Shown here: positions 1-9,732 of the stretch, in pieces | How positions within the stretch are numbered: the first letter of the stretch is position 1 | Layout of the letters: each line of letters begins with the position of its first letter | Source: Candidatus Latescibacterota bacterium | Lineage (GTDB): Bacteria > Latescibacterota > UBA2968 | Assembly (NCBI GenBank): GCA_038279365.1 | Contig: JAYODI010000011.1 | Span: forward strand, 57,346 to 94,038 | Direction: 5' to 3' | Length of the DNA stretch: 36,693 bases | Translations under genes and position numbers: made by a program | The notes under the pieces: model-generated | What the model saw: the letters and a program-made list of their open reading frames with translations, nothing else | Told to the model about the DNA's origin: nothing | Databases searched by the model: none

Positions 1-15
1 ATTTAGGAGTCTCCC

Positions 16-1008
16 ATGAAAGCCCAACGCCTCATTTGCACAGACAAAGCCAAAATCGAAGTCGAATTCTTCGACCTTCCGCCAATTCCCGACAATGGCA
101 TCTTGGTTCAAAACGATGTCACCACCGTGAGTGTGGGCACCGAAATCTACAACTACCTTCACGGTGGTGAACCAGGGCGCGAAGTCTCTTTCCCACGCGT
201 GACGGGCTATTGCAACACAGGTATCGTACTCGAAGTGGGCAAACAGATCACCAACATTCAACCCGGTGATCGCATTTCAGGACAAAGCAATCACGCCAGT
301 CACGCCATACTCACAAGCAACTATCGCAAAGTGCCCCATGGCGTCTCTGCCAAATCAGCCGCGTTTTTGGTGATGGGCGCCATTGCCATTCACGGGCACC
401 GTGTCGCACGCCCCGAACTCGGCGAATCCGTTGCCATCACCGGCCTGGGCATTGTAGGCCAACTCGCCGCCACCTTTGCCAAACTTGCAGGCGCGTATCC
501 CGTCATCGCCATTGACCTCAACGACTTTCGCCTCCAAAAAGCAAAAGAACGCGGCATTGATCTTTGTCTCAACCCCAACAACATTGGCGATCTCACCAAA
601 ACAGTAAGATCGCATTGTGTCACCGACGGCGTAGACGTACTCATCGAAGCCACAGGCATTCCGGCCGTCTATCCCAACGCGCTCCAATTGCCTCGAACCG
701 GTGGACGGCTTGTGGCCCTGGGTTCACCCCGTGGCAGTATCGAAGTCAGCTTTTTACCCGACGTTCACCTTCGAGAAGTCACCATCTTAGGCGCCATGCA
801 ACCACGCACCCCCGACCAATCCAACATCTACTACCCCTGGCACAAAGAACGCGACCGTGACTTTGTGCTCACCCTGATGGCCCAAGGCAAACTCCCCATT
901 GAAGACCTCATCACCCACACCGCCAAACCCGAAGATTGCCAAGACATCTACACCATGCTTGCCCACACCCCACAAGACGCTTTGGGTGTGGTCTTTGAAT
1001 GGGCATAA
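16..1008 (+). CDS. Zinc-binding alcohol dehydrogenase-like oxidoreductase (MDR superfamily)
   Basis: AGGAG RBS at 5-9; GxGxxG (GLGIVG), DVLIEATG; SVGTE and GY replace the canonical catalytic-Zn Cys and GHE motifs. Confidence 0.85.
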   Translation: MKAQRLICTDKAKIEVEFFDLPPIPDNGILVQNDVTTVSVGTEIYNYLHGGEPGREVSFPRVTGYCNTGIVLEVGKQITNIQPGDRISGQSNHASHAILTSNYRKVPHGVSAKSAAFLVMGAIAIHGHRVARPELGESVAITGLGIVGQLAATFAKLAGAYPVIAIDLNDFRLQKAKERGIDLCLNPNNIGDLTKTVRSHCVTDGVDVLIEATGIPAVYPNALQLPRTGGRLVALGSPRGSIEVSFLPDVHLREVTILGAMQPRTPDQSNIYYPWHKERDRDFVLTLMAQGKLPIEDLITHTAKPEDCQDIYTMLAHTPQDALGVVFEWA

Positions 1009-1184
1009 AACCCCTTCTTTTCCACTCAAATTATTTTATATAAATATATGTTCTCGTAATCATAATTCCAACAAATTATCGACTTAAGACACAGAAACCC
1101 TTCCCTTACCACAGATTTTGTCTTAAAGTTACAGAGCAATTTCGTCTCTCTCCTTCAATAAACGAATCGCGTGTGACTTCTATT

Positions 1185-1517
1185 ATGGAACCCATCAAAA
1201 CATTCTTCATTCCGCTTTCAACCTGGCTCAAACCCCATTTGCCCTTTATCGCAACCGCCTTCACCACCGCACTGCTCGTCATCTACGGCGACTACATCAA
1301 CCGCGCTGTCAAAGGCCACTTTCGCCAAAATCACTTTATCATTCGCACCACCGTCTTCATTCTCCTGTGTAGCATCGGCTACGGCCTGCTCACCGCCTGG
1401 CTCACACCCGCCGTCAACTTCGTTCTCCTCTACTTCGGCGACGCCTACTTCGCCCCCACCGTCATCCTCGCTTTCCTCGCCCTCGGCATCCTCGCCGAAC
1501 GCAAGCGGTATATGTAA
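1185..1517 (+). CDS. Small membrane protein, DUF3392-like
   Basis: Three hydrophobic segments; LLVIYGDYIN, HFIIRT..F.LLC..GYG and GILAER pattern; ATG at 1185 preferred, GTG at 1173 possible. Confidence 0.75.
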   Translation: MEPIKTFFIPLSTWLKPHLPFIATAFTTALLVIYGDYINRAVKGHFRQNHFIIRTTVFILLCSIGYGLLTAWLTPAVNFVLLYFGDAYFAPTVILAFLALGILAERKRYM

Positions 1518-1520
1518 ATC

Positions 1521-1712
1521 GGTCACAGGTCACAGGTCGCAAACTAAACATCACGGATCACAAGAAACGCCCCGTTAATCAACAATCTAACGGGGCATCA
1601 TCACATCTGCCTTTGACTTTCACATTTGCCGTCTGCCATCTGCCGTCTGTCTTTTGCTTTTAGCCTTTGACTTTGCCTCAAGCTGAAAGCTAACCGCTGA
1701 TAGCTGAACGCT
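1521..1712. repeat. Intergenic degenerate heptamer tandem arrays
   Basis: GGTCACA x2 + GGTCGCA (1521-1541); CATTTGC/CGTCTGC/CATCTGC/CGTCTGT/CTTTTGC/TTTTAGC (1623-1664); GCTGAAA/GCTAACC/GCTGATA/GCTGAAC (1682-1709). Confidence 0.8.
1569..1596. terminator. Hairpin between convergent genes (probable terminator)
   Basis: GCCCCGTTA-10nt-TAACGGGGC perfect 9-bp stem; only a short U-run on the minus strand. Confidence 0.55.
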
Positions 1713-1718
1713 CCCCCC

Positions 1719-3704
1719 CTACCAATGATGCACCGAATGCCCACTCCCCGGAAACCAAATCGTATCCACCAACGCCGAGAGTGCCACCCCCACAATAAAA
1801 CCCACCAAAATCCCCAAAAACAACGGCTGACCTTTTCGATACAATGCAATGCCACCAATGCGCAAAATCAACAACTTGCACAACCACACCAAAAAGATCG
1901 TAAAAATCGTTCCGCGCACCGCTTGGGTTTCCATAATGGCAAAACCCACAGGGTGCAACGGCCACCACGACACCCGATAGCGCAAAAACGTCAACAGCCC
2001 CATGCCCACCACACCAAAACCAAAAAAGCCCAACCGCTTCAAATCGGGCGGATCAAACGTTTGCATTTGGTTCACCCAATAATTCAAAATATTGGGATGC
2101 GTGCGAAACTCAAATGCCTGAAAATTATACGCCCCTGTTTCATATCCCAAATACAACGTAAACACCACCGACGTCACTGCCGCCGTCAACCCAGCCAATG
2201 CAAGCGACATCGCCACCATACGCTTGCGCCCCTTAATCGCCGCCGTAATCCACGCACAATGTGCCATACTCGCCATGGCCAAACTTTTGGCATCGGTAAA
2301 ATAAGCAAACGAAAAACCCAAATTGGCCATACTCGCCGGTGAAATATTGGCCGAACCCAACACATACAGCGCAAACGTGGGCGGCATAATGGTGCCCCGC
2401 AAATACACCAACCCACTCTCTGCAATCACCCGCGCAATGCCCACATACAAAATGGCCATCCCAATCAAAAACGGCACAATCACATGAAAATCCATCCCTG
2501 CCGCATACAACCAACCCACCATAAAAATGAGGCCCAACACAAAACCAATGCCCGCCGTGCGATACGACATCAACTCTTCCGAATCATCCAACACCTGTCG
2601 CCCGCGAATATTGGCCCACACCCCTTTTAAATGCTCGCGCCCCATCCACAAACCCCAAAACAACATAAACGCCAACGCCCCAAACGCCTGCCACGCATTG
2701 GCCGCATGCGAACTCGACCACAACCCCGGCGTACCCACACTGTAACCCATCCGATTAAACGTATACACCTCGCCCACCACCAACAGATAAAAAAACCAAA
2801 TCGAAAACAACACTTCCAAACTCGTCCAATAAGCAAAACCCGCAATAAAAAATTGAATCCCAATATAAAAATAGTAGCTCGGAATAAACCGACTGATGTT
2901 CAAATACGTCACCCCACCCCCGGCACGCGTGATGGGAATGCGTGGAAAGTCGGGCATAAAATACGACAACATGTTCCAACAAATAATCGTCATCGGAATG
3001 GCCACACCAATCCAAAACGCCTTGCGCCCCACCAATGGGGGCCATACTTTTTTGCCATCGCTCTTGACCAACTCCAACGCCACTTGTGCCGCAGGAAACG
3101 GCAATTTTTCATGTTCGGCCCACTGGCGACGCAACATCACCGCAATGCACAAACACGTCCATGTAATGGCCCCCGCAAACACAAACCACCAAAACAAAGG
3201 CGCCACCCACACCTCCCACGGAATGGTGCGCCCAGGGGGCAACCCTTCAAAAAAGAACCGCATCGCACCACCATCATCCGTAGGAAACAACCACGACGGC
3301 AAATGCGGGTGCAAATATTCAGACCACTTATTTTGTGCCGAAGCAAAATAATAGGGCGTAGCCAAATGCCCCATGATCAGCCCCGTAAAATTCATCAACG
3401 GAAACAACGCGCCCACCAAACCCATCGAAAACACCACCGCCATCTCAAGTGGTGCAAACGCCTGTGTGGGCCAATACTTTCGCAACACCACATTAAACCC
3501 CAACGTCAAAAACGTAAATGGGATCATCAGCGCCATCGCCATATAACTAAACACCATCTGGTTAATGTGTACCACATACAGCCCATAAATCGGCCACGTG
3601 TTTACACACACCACCAAAGCCAACCCCAACAACACACACCGCACCGTCACCCCATCGCGTTGGGTATCACTTCCAAGGTCTATCTGTTCTTCAACAAGAG
3701 CCAT
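1719..3704 (-). CDS. Large polytopic membrane protein, DUF6785/DUF6784-type putative transporter
   Basis: About 660 aa with many TM helices; family-typical motifs TPYYFAS..N.W, RRQW.EHEKLPFP, DDSEELMSYR, WWPLHPVG; ATG at 3704 (GTG 3719 alternative). Confidence 0.8.
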   Translation of the reverse strand: MALVEEQIDLGSDTQRDGVTVRCVLLGLALVVCVNTWPIYGLYVVHINQMVFSYMAMALMIPFTFLTLGFNVVLRKYWPTQAFAPLEMAVVFSMGLVGALFPLMNFTGLIMGHLATPYYFASAQNKWSEYLHPHLPSWLFPTDDGGAMRFFFEGLPPGRTIPWEVWVAPLFWWFVFAGAITWTCLCIAVMLRRQWAEHEKLPFPAAQVALELVKSDGKKVWPPLVGRKAFWIGVAIPMTIICWNMLSYFMPDFPRIPITRAGGGVTYLNISRFIPSYYFYIGIQFFIAGFAYWTSLEVLFSIWFFYLLVVGEVYTFNRMGYSVGTPGLWSSSHAANAWQAFGALAFMLFWGLWMGREHLKGVWANIRGRQVLDDSEELMSYRTAGIGFVLGLIFMVGWLYAAGMDFHVIVPFLIGMAILYVGIARVIAESGLVYLRGTIMPPTFALYVLGSANISPASMANLGFSFAYFTDAKSLAMASMAHCAWITAAIKGRKRMVAMSLALAGLTAAVTSVVFTLYLGYETGAYNFQAFEFRTHPNILNYWVNQMQTFDPPDLKRLGFFGFGVVGMGLLTFLRYRVSWWPLHPVGFAIMETQAVRGTIFTIFLVWLCKLLILRIGGIALYRKGQPLFLGILVGFIVGVALSALVDTIWFPGSGHSVHHW

Positions 3705-3760
3705 AAATGATAATCTCACGTTAACAAATCACAGAGCTTGAGTAATCAACAAATATTACG

Positions 3761-5644
3761 CTACTGAATCTGCGCGTCCGCCCCCCAACGCACTGACAAT
3801 GTTCTGCCACTTTTTGGATCTCTTACAACGTGTGCCTCATCATCCTTTTGAACAATTTCAAACGGATTGGATTGCCACCAAGCACGCGCATCATCAACCG
3901 ACCACCCCGGCAAATAAACCACAGCATAGTCCGCCTTTTTGGGGTGCACACCGTGCGATAAAGTGATCGTTGCATAATCACGTGAAATCACCTCACCATC
4001 TGCCGATTGGCGCAAACTCAAATCGTGCCATTGTCCCGTTCGCGTACCAATACGCACACCCACCTCGGGCAAATCGGGAAACACATACACACAATCGTGT
4101 CCCATCAAAACGCCGTCTTTCACCTGCGTTGTTTGCCACGGTTTACGCAACACCACTTGGCGCACAACCGTTTCCACCTCATTTGCCCCACTGCACGAAA
4201 TATCAGAACCCAACGCCACAATGGCATCGCCAAAGAAAAACCAACTCTTCTTCGCAAACAAGCCCGAACCATCTTCCATCTCAATCTTGAAATCCACGCC
4301 ACAACACCCCAAATCACCATCGGCAATACCAGCCACAAACGTACTTTGCCCTTCTGTCTCGCGCGGCATTGCAATCCCATCGGTTCTTGTAATGCCCGTC
4401 AACCGATCCCAATCCATAGTTGGCAACACACCATCCAAAAACGCATCTTCACATGTTCGCAAAATCAAATGCCCATCGCTGGTGTGTTTGGCTTTCAAAT
4501 TTTCGTTGCGAATACTAAACCACGACTTGGTGTTTGTAGATGACAGCTTCACCGCTGCCGTAAATTTGGAACGCCGCGCAGACAAATATTCAATCACAGG
4601 CCAATACCGCGTGCCCATTAAAGGTGCGCCTGCATCCACGTTCAACTCATTGGCAATCTCCGATGCCACCGCAATCGACGGCAACAACCCTTCATCAACC
4701 GCCCGCCTACAAAAAGCCATCACTTCATCTCGCCGAGGAATCGGAGCCGAAGACAACAACAAAGCACCATCAATAATCAACGTCGCACGCAACGCCACCT
4801 CACCCCGCGAACACTCACGCCCAATAATAAACGGGTCAATTCCCTGCCCCACAATCGTCCACCGCACAAATTCCAACAGCCAATTTGACACGTTCGACAA
4901 CGCTTCGTTGGGCAACTGCCATTGCGAATCACCCATCATATACACATACCGCCCCACATCGGCAAAGTGGCTGCGACCATATCCCATGTGCACCGCCATC
5001 CCATGAAACGAATACGAATAATCCGATAAAATACCATTCACGGGGCGAATCTCACATTCCTTAGCCGCCCATTCTGACGCCAATTCAATATGTTCGGTCT
5101 TACCTGTTACCAACCCATATCGCAAATGATTCATGCCACCCCACATGGCATTGGCACCCGTCATTGTCGTACGAATATTTTCAACCAAATACGCCAACGT
5201 ATCCACCATCGTCTCGCTTACATCACTATCCAACGCATCTTCTGCCACCAACAAGGTATTGCCCAAATGCATTGGAAGTCCTATTTGCCACGCCCACCAA
5301 TTGTTGGGAAACGCACATCCACGATGCACAAGCCGATGATAAAATCGCCACGCCACATTCAAACGTTTGGCCACTTCTTTATCACCTGCATACGCACACT
5401 CCGGTGAACCCCAAGCTTGTGCCAAAGACACCAAATGCCCAAATGTTGCCCCACCACTCGACACGCCTTCATCCTCTGCACATTGCACATCGCCCCACCC
5501 ACCATAAAGCGCATCGGCTTCATCCATAATTTGTTCACGCAACAAACCATCAACACGCGCCTCAAGAGCACGCAATTCTTTTTCACGTGTTTCAATCAAC
5601 AACTTTTGAAACCGCATTTTCACATTCTCAAAATCCGTTGCCAT
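3761..5644 (-). CDS. Polysaccharide lyase family 8 (chondroitin/hyaluronate lyase-like), no signal peptide
   Basis: NWWAWQIG.P, TGAN, DYSYSFHG..GYG, GRECSR, ENLK.KHTSDG, KKSWFFFGDAIVALGSDI; ATG 5644 has an AGGGG/AGGT RBS (ORF extends to 5677). Confidence 0.85.
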   Translation of the reverse strand: MATDFENVKMRFQKLLIETREKELRALEARVDGLLREQIMDEADALYGGWGDVQCAEDEGVSSGGATFGHLVSLAQAWGSPECAYAGDKEVAKRLNVAWRFYHRLVHRGCAFPNNWWAWQIGLPMHLGNTLLVAEDALDSDVSETMVDTLAYLVENIRTTMTGANAMWGGMNHLRYGLVTGKTEHIELASEWAAKECEIRPVNGILSDYSYSFHGMAVHMGYGRSHFADVGRYVYMMGDSQWQLPNEALSNVSNWLLEFVRWTIVGQGIDPFIIGRECSRGEVALRATLIIDGALLLSSAPIPRRDEVMAFCRRAVDEGLLPSIAVASEIANELNVDAGAPLMGTRYWPVIEYLSARRSKFTAAVKLSSTNTKSWFSIRNENLKAKHTSDGHLILRTCEDAFLDGVLPTMDWDRLTGITRTDGIAMPRETEGQSTFVAGIADGDLGCCGVDFKIEMEDGSGLFAKKSWFFFGDAIVALGSDISCSGANEVETVVRQVVLRKPWQTTQVKDGVLMGHDCVYVFPDLPEVGVRIGTRTGQWHDLSLRQSADGEVISRDYATITLSHGVHPKKADYAVVYLPGWSVDDARAWWQSNPFEIVQKDDEAHVVRDPKSGRTLSVRWGADAQIQ

Positions 5645-5737
5645 ACCTAACCCCTTAGAAAAGCTTATCCCAATCATGATATGCGCTCACAAGGTTGCGC
5701 AATCTCAACGCCACGTCAAGCAAAAAACGGAAATGGG

Positions 5738-5766
5738 TTGCTCTTCAGCAGACAATGCCTTACCAT
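5738..5766 (+). promoter_or_regulatory. Putative sigma-70 promoter of the M81 peptidase gene
   Basis: TTGCTC-17nt-TACCAT, followed by GAGGAG RBS before ATG 5807. Confidence 0.45.
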
Positions 5767-5806
5767 GAAAAATCATTCACACTTACAAAATTGAGGAGCT
5801 TACCCC

Positions 5807-7279
5807 ATGCGCATTGCCATTGCCGAAATCAGCCAAGAAACCGACACCTTCAGCCCCATACTCACCACCCTACAAGACTTTGAACAAACCGGCCTTTATT
5901 TTGGCGACGAGATCTTAGTCAAAATGCAAGGCGTTGGAAAAATTGGTGGTTTCCTCAACATTGCCCAGCACGAACCCAACGTTGAATACATTCCCATTCT
6001 ACGGGCGCGCGCCACATCGGGTGGGCGCATCACTGACGAAGCCCTCACCTTCCTCACCAACAAACTCATCCAAGGCCTAAAAGACGCGCTTCCTTTCGAC
6101 GTGCTCTATTTGTCCCTCCACGGCGCCGCTTCATCCCAAAGCATAGACGACCTCGAAGGTCACGTGCTCCAACAAGTGCGCAACACCATTGGCAACGACA
6201 TACCCATTATCGTGCCCCTTGATCACCACGCCAATATCACACAAAAAATCATGGACTTGTCCACAATCATCATCGGTTACGAAGAGCAACCCCACGACCA
6301 AGTTGAAACGGGTGAACGCGCAGGCAAACTTCTCTTTCGCCTCATGAAAAAAGAAATCGCACCCACAGGCGCCTGGGTCAAAATCCCCATGATTACCCCC
6401 CAAGACCAATTCCTCACCTCACACGGCCCCATGAAAACGTGGTTTGACTTGGCACGTGAAATTGAAAAACGCCCCGGTGCCATCACCGCATCCACCTTTC
6501 CCATGCAACCCTGGATCGACGTCGAAGAAGGCGGGTGGGCCGCAATGGTCTACACCCACAATGATCCCACACTTGCCAAACAACTTACCGCCGAACTCGC
6601 CAACAAAGCTTGGGAACTACGCGACACCTTTTGGCAATCCGAACGTGTCGCCGTCTCCGATGCTGTCCAACAAGCCGACCAAGCCGCCGAAGGTCTTGTG
6701 ATCCTCTCTGACACAGGCGACTCGGTCTACGGCGGTGCCCCAGGAGACAACACTGTTATTCTTGCAGAAATGCTCAAACAAAACATTCAAAGCACCGCGT
6801 TTGTACCCGTCATTGATGCCGAGGCCACACAAAAAGCCGCCCAAGCCGGCGTGGGCACACAAATCACACTCGACATCGGGGGCAAACTCGACAACGTCTT
6901 CAGCCAACCCGTCACCGTCACCGCAACCGTCTCAGCCATCTCCAATGGCCTTCACGTCAAACTCAGCGAACGCGACTATTGCAACATGGGCCAAACAGCC
7001 CTCTTAGAAGCAGGCCCCATCAAAATCGTACTCGCCAAAGACCGCATCCAAGCCATCAACTATCCCATTATGTACACCCACCTCGGCCTCAACATCAACG
7101 ACGCCAAAATGGTCGTTCTCAAAACCGCCAGCAATTTCCAATTCTTCACACCCTGGCGCAAACACCTCATTCGCGTGGATGCCCCCGGCATGACCCAATC
7201 CAATCTGCAAGCCTTCACCTGGAAACGCGTTCCACGTCCCATGTATCCCCTCGACGAATTGCCCCATTGGCAGGCATAA
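5807..7279 (+). CDS. M81 family metallopeptidase (MlrC-like)
   Basis: QETDTFS, LSLHGA, DLEG, LDHHAN, PHD, DTGD..GGAPGD motifs; about 490 aa. Confidence 0.9.
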   Translation: MRIAIAEISQETDTFSPILTTLQDFEQTGLYFGDEILVKMQGVGKIGGFLNIAQHEPNVEYIPILRARATSGGRITDEALTFLTNKLIQGLKDALPFDVLYLSLHGAASSQSIDDLEGHVLQQVRNTIGNDIPIIVPLDHHANITQKIMDLSTIIIGYEEQPHDQVETGERAGKLLFRLMKKEIAPTGAWVKIPMITPQDQFLTSHGPMKTWFDLAREIEKRPGAITASTFPMQPWIDVEEGGWAAMVYTHNDPTLAKQLTAELANKAWELRDTFWQSERVAVSDAVQQADQAAEGLVILSDTGDSVYGGAPGDNTVILAEMLKQNIQSTAFVPVIDAEATQKAAQAGVGTQITLDIGGKLDNVFSQPVTVTATVSAISNGLHVKLSERDYCNMGQTALLEAGPIKIVLAKDRIQAINYPIMYTHLGLNINDAKMVVLKTASNFQFFTPWRKHLIRVDAPGMTQSNLQAFTWKRVPRPMYPLDELPHWQA

Positions 7280-7326
7280 ACACAATACCCGCACACAAAC
7301 ACCAATGACGCAATAAGGTCAAAAAC

Positions 7327-9639
7327 ATGAGCAGTATATATCTCATCCTATTTATCATCCTGATATTGGCAATTCCTCTTTCAGCCACGGTACAAGCAGC
7401 CACCAAGCTTCAGTGGCAAGAACACGAAGGCGTTTCCATACCCATTCCACCTTCCGAGCACCCGCGTTTGTATGTTCGCAAGGAACACATTCCAGAATTG
7501 AAAAGCCGTTTCTCCGATCCCATTCTAAAAAAAGTATGGCGTGAGCTTGATGATATGGGTGCAGACGAACGCACCAAAGACGATGACACACCCAAAACGT
7601 GGCGCGATTATGTTCAGCAGCGAGGGGCGTCTGTAAAAGCTGAAATGGATGCCCTACAATATCTAACCACACAAGATCCCTCTCTTGGAGAGCGTGCAAT
7701 CACCACCGCATTGAAATTGATGCAGGAAGGATCTTGGCCCGATGTGCAAGATATCGCACGTGCATCCGGTCGCCTCATGGTCACAGGTGCCATCGTCTAC
7801 GATTGGTGCTATGACCTTTTAGACCAAACACAAAAAGAAGCATTTGTAGAACAATTCATCCGCCTTGCCAAAACATTGGAGTGTGGCTATCCCCCCGTCA
7901 AACAAGGTGCCATCAATGGTCACTCAGCCGAATGGATGATTTCAAGAGATCTGCTCTCTGCAGCCATCGCCATCTATGACGAATATCCCGACATGTATCA
8001 CCTCACCGCAGCACGTTTCTTTGGCAAGCACCTGCCCGTGCGAAATTGGTTTTACCCAGGTCAAGCCTATCACCAAGGCACAGGATATGACAAAGTCAGA
8101 CTCGGTTCCGATTTGTATCCCCTGTGGATTTTTGATCGCTTGGGAGCCGGCAACATCTATCATCCAGATCAACAATTCATCCCATACATATTCTTCTATA
8201 AACGCCGTGGCGATGGCCAATTCATACCCGGAGGCGATGTCAACCCGTCTCGAGGAAGGCGGGCTGCTTTGGGATTGTTGGCCATGTTATCGGGCAGTTA
8301 CTATCAAGATGAATACATCAATTATGAGTTTCTACAACGCCCATCCATAGACAGCCGCGACAAATTTTTTGAATTTTTGTGGCGCGATACCCAATTGGGG
8401 CAAAAGGATGCTTCAGATTTGCCCCTATCCAAATACTTTGGTTTTCCATTCGGGTGGTCCATTGCACGCACAAGCTGGGATGAAAGCAGCGTCATTGCAG
8501 AAATGAAAATCAACGTCTACAACTTCATCAACCACCAACATCACGATGCCGGTGCGTTTCAAATTTATTACAAAGGCCCATTGGCCATCGACTCTGGTGC
8601 TTACACCGGGTCTTCGGGTGGATACAACAGCCAACACAACAAAAACTATTTCAAACGCACCATCGCACACAACAGCCTATTGATCTATGACCCCGAAGAA
8701 ACATTCGAAACCATGCGATATGGTGGCGCAGGCAAAACGCCTTTTGGGGTCAATGATGGTGGTCAACGACTCAATGGGAAACAATGGGGTGCGCCACAAG
8801 ATTTAGAAGATTTGTTATCCCAAGACTATAAAACAGGTGAGATTCTCGCACACGGATTTGGACCCGACAAAATGACACCCGACTACACCTATTTGAAAGG
8901 GGATATCACCGAAGCATACAGCAACAAAGTCAGCACCGTCAAACGTGCATTTTGTTTTTTAAATCTCAAAGACAAAACCATTCCCGCAGCATTCATCGTA
9001 TACGACAAAGTGGTCTCGACCCATCCAGAGTTCCAAAAATATTGGTTGTTACACAGCATCGAAGAACCCCAAATCGAAAACAACCAAATCATCATCACGC
9101 GCACCCAAAATGGAGATACGGGAAAATTGGTCAATGATACCTTATTGCCCAAAATGGACAATGCCAATATCAAACCCGTTGGCGGTGAAGGAAAAGAGTT
9201 TTGGGTATTTGGAGAAAATTACGCAAACGATCCTTCAGAAGACCGCCCCGATGTGGCCAATGAGCGTGGCAGTTGGCGTGTCGAGGTGTGTCCTAAAAAG
9301 CCCGCAACAGAAGACTATTTTCTCAATGTCATGCAGGTGATGGACAACACAAACAAGACACCCCTTCAAGTAGACACAATAGAAAGCGATCACATGATTG
9401 GCACACAAATCAAAGATCGCATTGTCCTGTTCAGCAAAACATCAGACACCTTGAACGGCCCACTAACGCTATCCATCTCCGGTGCTGGCACATTTAAAAT
9501 CCTGCTCACCGACATCTCCGAGGGCACTTGGCAGATACAGAAAGATGGGACAACACTAAAAAGAGATATACCAGTAAACAAGGAAGAGCACCTGCTCTAT
9601 TTTGAAGGCACGGAGGGTGACTATACTTTTTTGAGATAA
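7327..9639 (+). CDS. hepB: Heparinase II-like heparin/heparan sulfate lyase (PL21), secreted
   Basis: Signal peptide ending VQA; EHPRLY, GHSAEWM, HQGTGY, NHQHHDAGAFQIYYKGPLAIDSG, NYFKRTIAHNSLL; 770 aa, similar in size to characterised heparinase II. Confidence 0.85.
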   Translation: MSSIYLILFIILILAIPLSATVQAATKLQWQEHEGVSIPIPPSEHPRLYVRKEHIPELKSRFSDPILKKVWRELDDMGADERTKDDDTPKTWRDYVQQRGASVKAEMDALQYLTTQDPSLGERAITTALKLMQEGSWPDVQDIARASGRLMVTGAIVYDWCYDLLDQTQKEAFVEQFIRLAKTLECGYPPVKQGAINGHSAEWMISRDLLSAAIAIYDEYPDMYHLTAARFFGKHLPVRNWFYPGQAYHQGTGYDKVRLGSDLYPLWIFDRLGAGNIYHPDQQFIPYIFFYKRRGDGQFIPGGDVNPSRGRRAALGLLAMLSGSYYQDEYINYEFLQRPSIDSRDKFFEFLWRDTQLGQKDASDLPLSKYFGFPFGWSIARTSWDESSVIAEMKINVYNFINHQHHDAGAFQIYYKGPLAIDSGAYTGSSGGYNSQHNKNYFKRTIAHNSLLIYDPEETFETMRYGGAGKTPFGVNDGGQRLNGKQWGAPQDLEDLLSQDYKTGEILAHGFGPDKMTPDYTYLKGDITEAYSNKVSTVKRAFCFLNLKDKTIPAAFIVYDKVVSTHPEFQKYWLLHSIEEPQIENNQIIITRTQNGDTGKLVNDTLLPKMDNANIKPVGGEGKEFWVFGENYANDPSEDRPDVANERGSWRVEVCPKKPATEDYFLNVMQVMDNTNKTPLQVDTIESDHMIGTQIKDRIVLFSKTSDTLNGPLTLSISGAGTFKILLTDISEGTWQIQKDGTTLKRDIPVNKEEHLLYFEGTEGDYTFLR

Positions 9640-9663
9640 ACGGGGATCAAAATCAGTCAGAAC

Positions 9664-9704
9664 AAACAAAAACGCCATCAGAAAGATCTAATGGCGTTTT
9701 GTTT
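9664..9704. terminator. Bidirectional intrinsic terminator
   Basis: AAAACGCCAT...ATGGCGTTTT stem with A/T tails between convergent genes. Confidence 0.8.
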
Positions 9705-9732
9705 AAAAACATACTGATATCAAACGAAAACC

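Noticed and set aside
1725..3710. Long + strand ORFs (205 aa, 359 aa) antisense to the permease
   Set aside because: His/Gln/Pro/Lys/Arg-rich shadow frames; the C/A-rich strand is poor in stop codons; no RBS or family motifs.
3970..5650. Several + strand ORFs opposite the PL8 gene
   Set aside because: Fully overlap a well-supported gene; explained by the same compositional skew.
5807..7279. Microcystin degradation role for the MlrC-like gene
   Set aside because: No mlrA/B/D neighbours; M81 homologues are widespread with unknown substrates.
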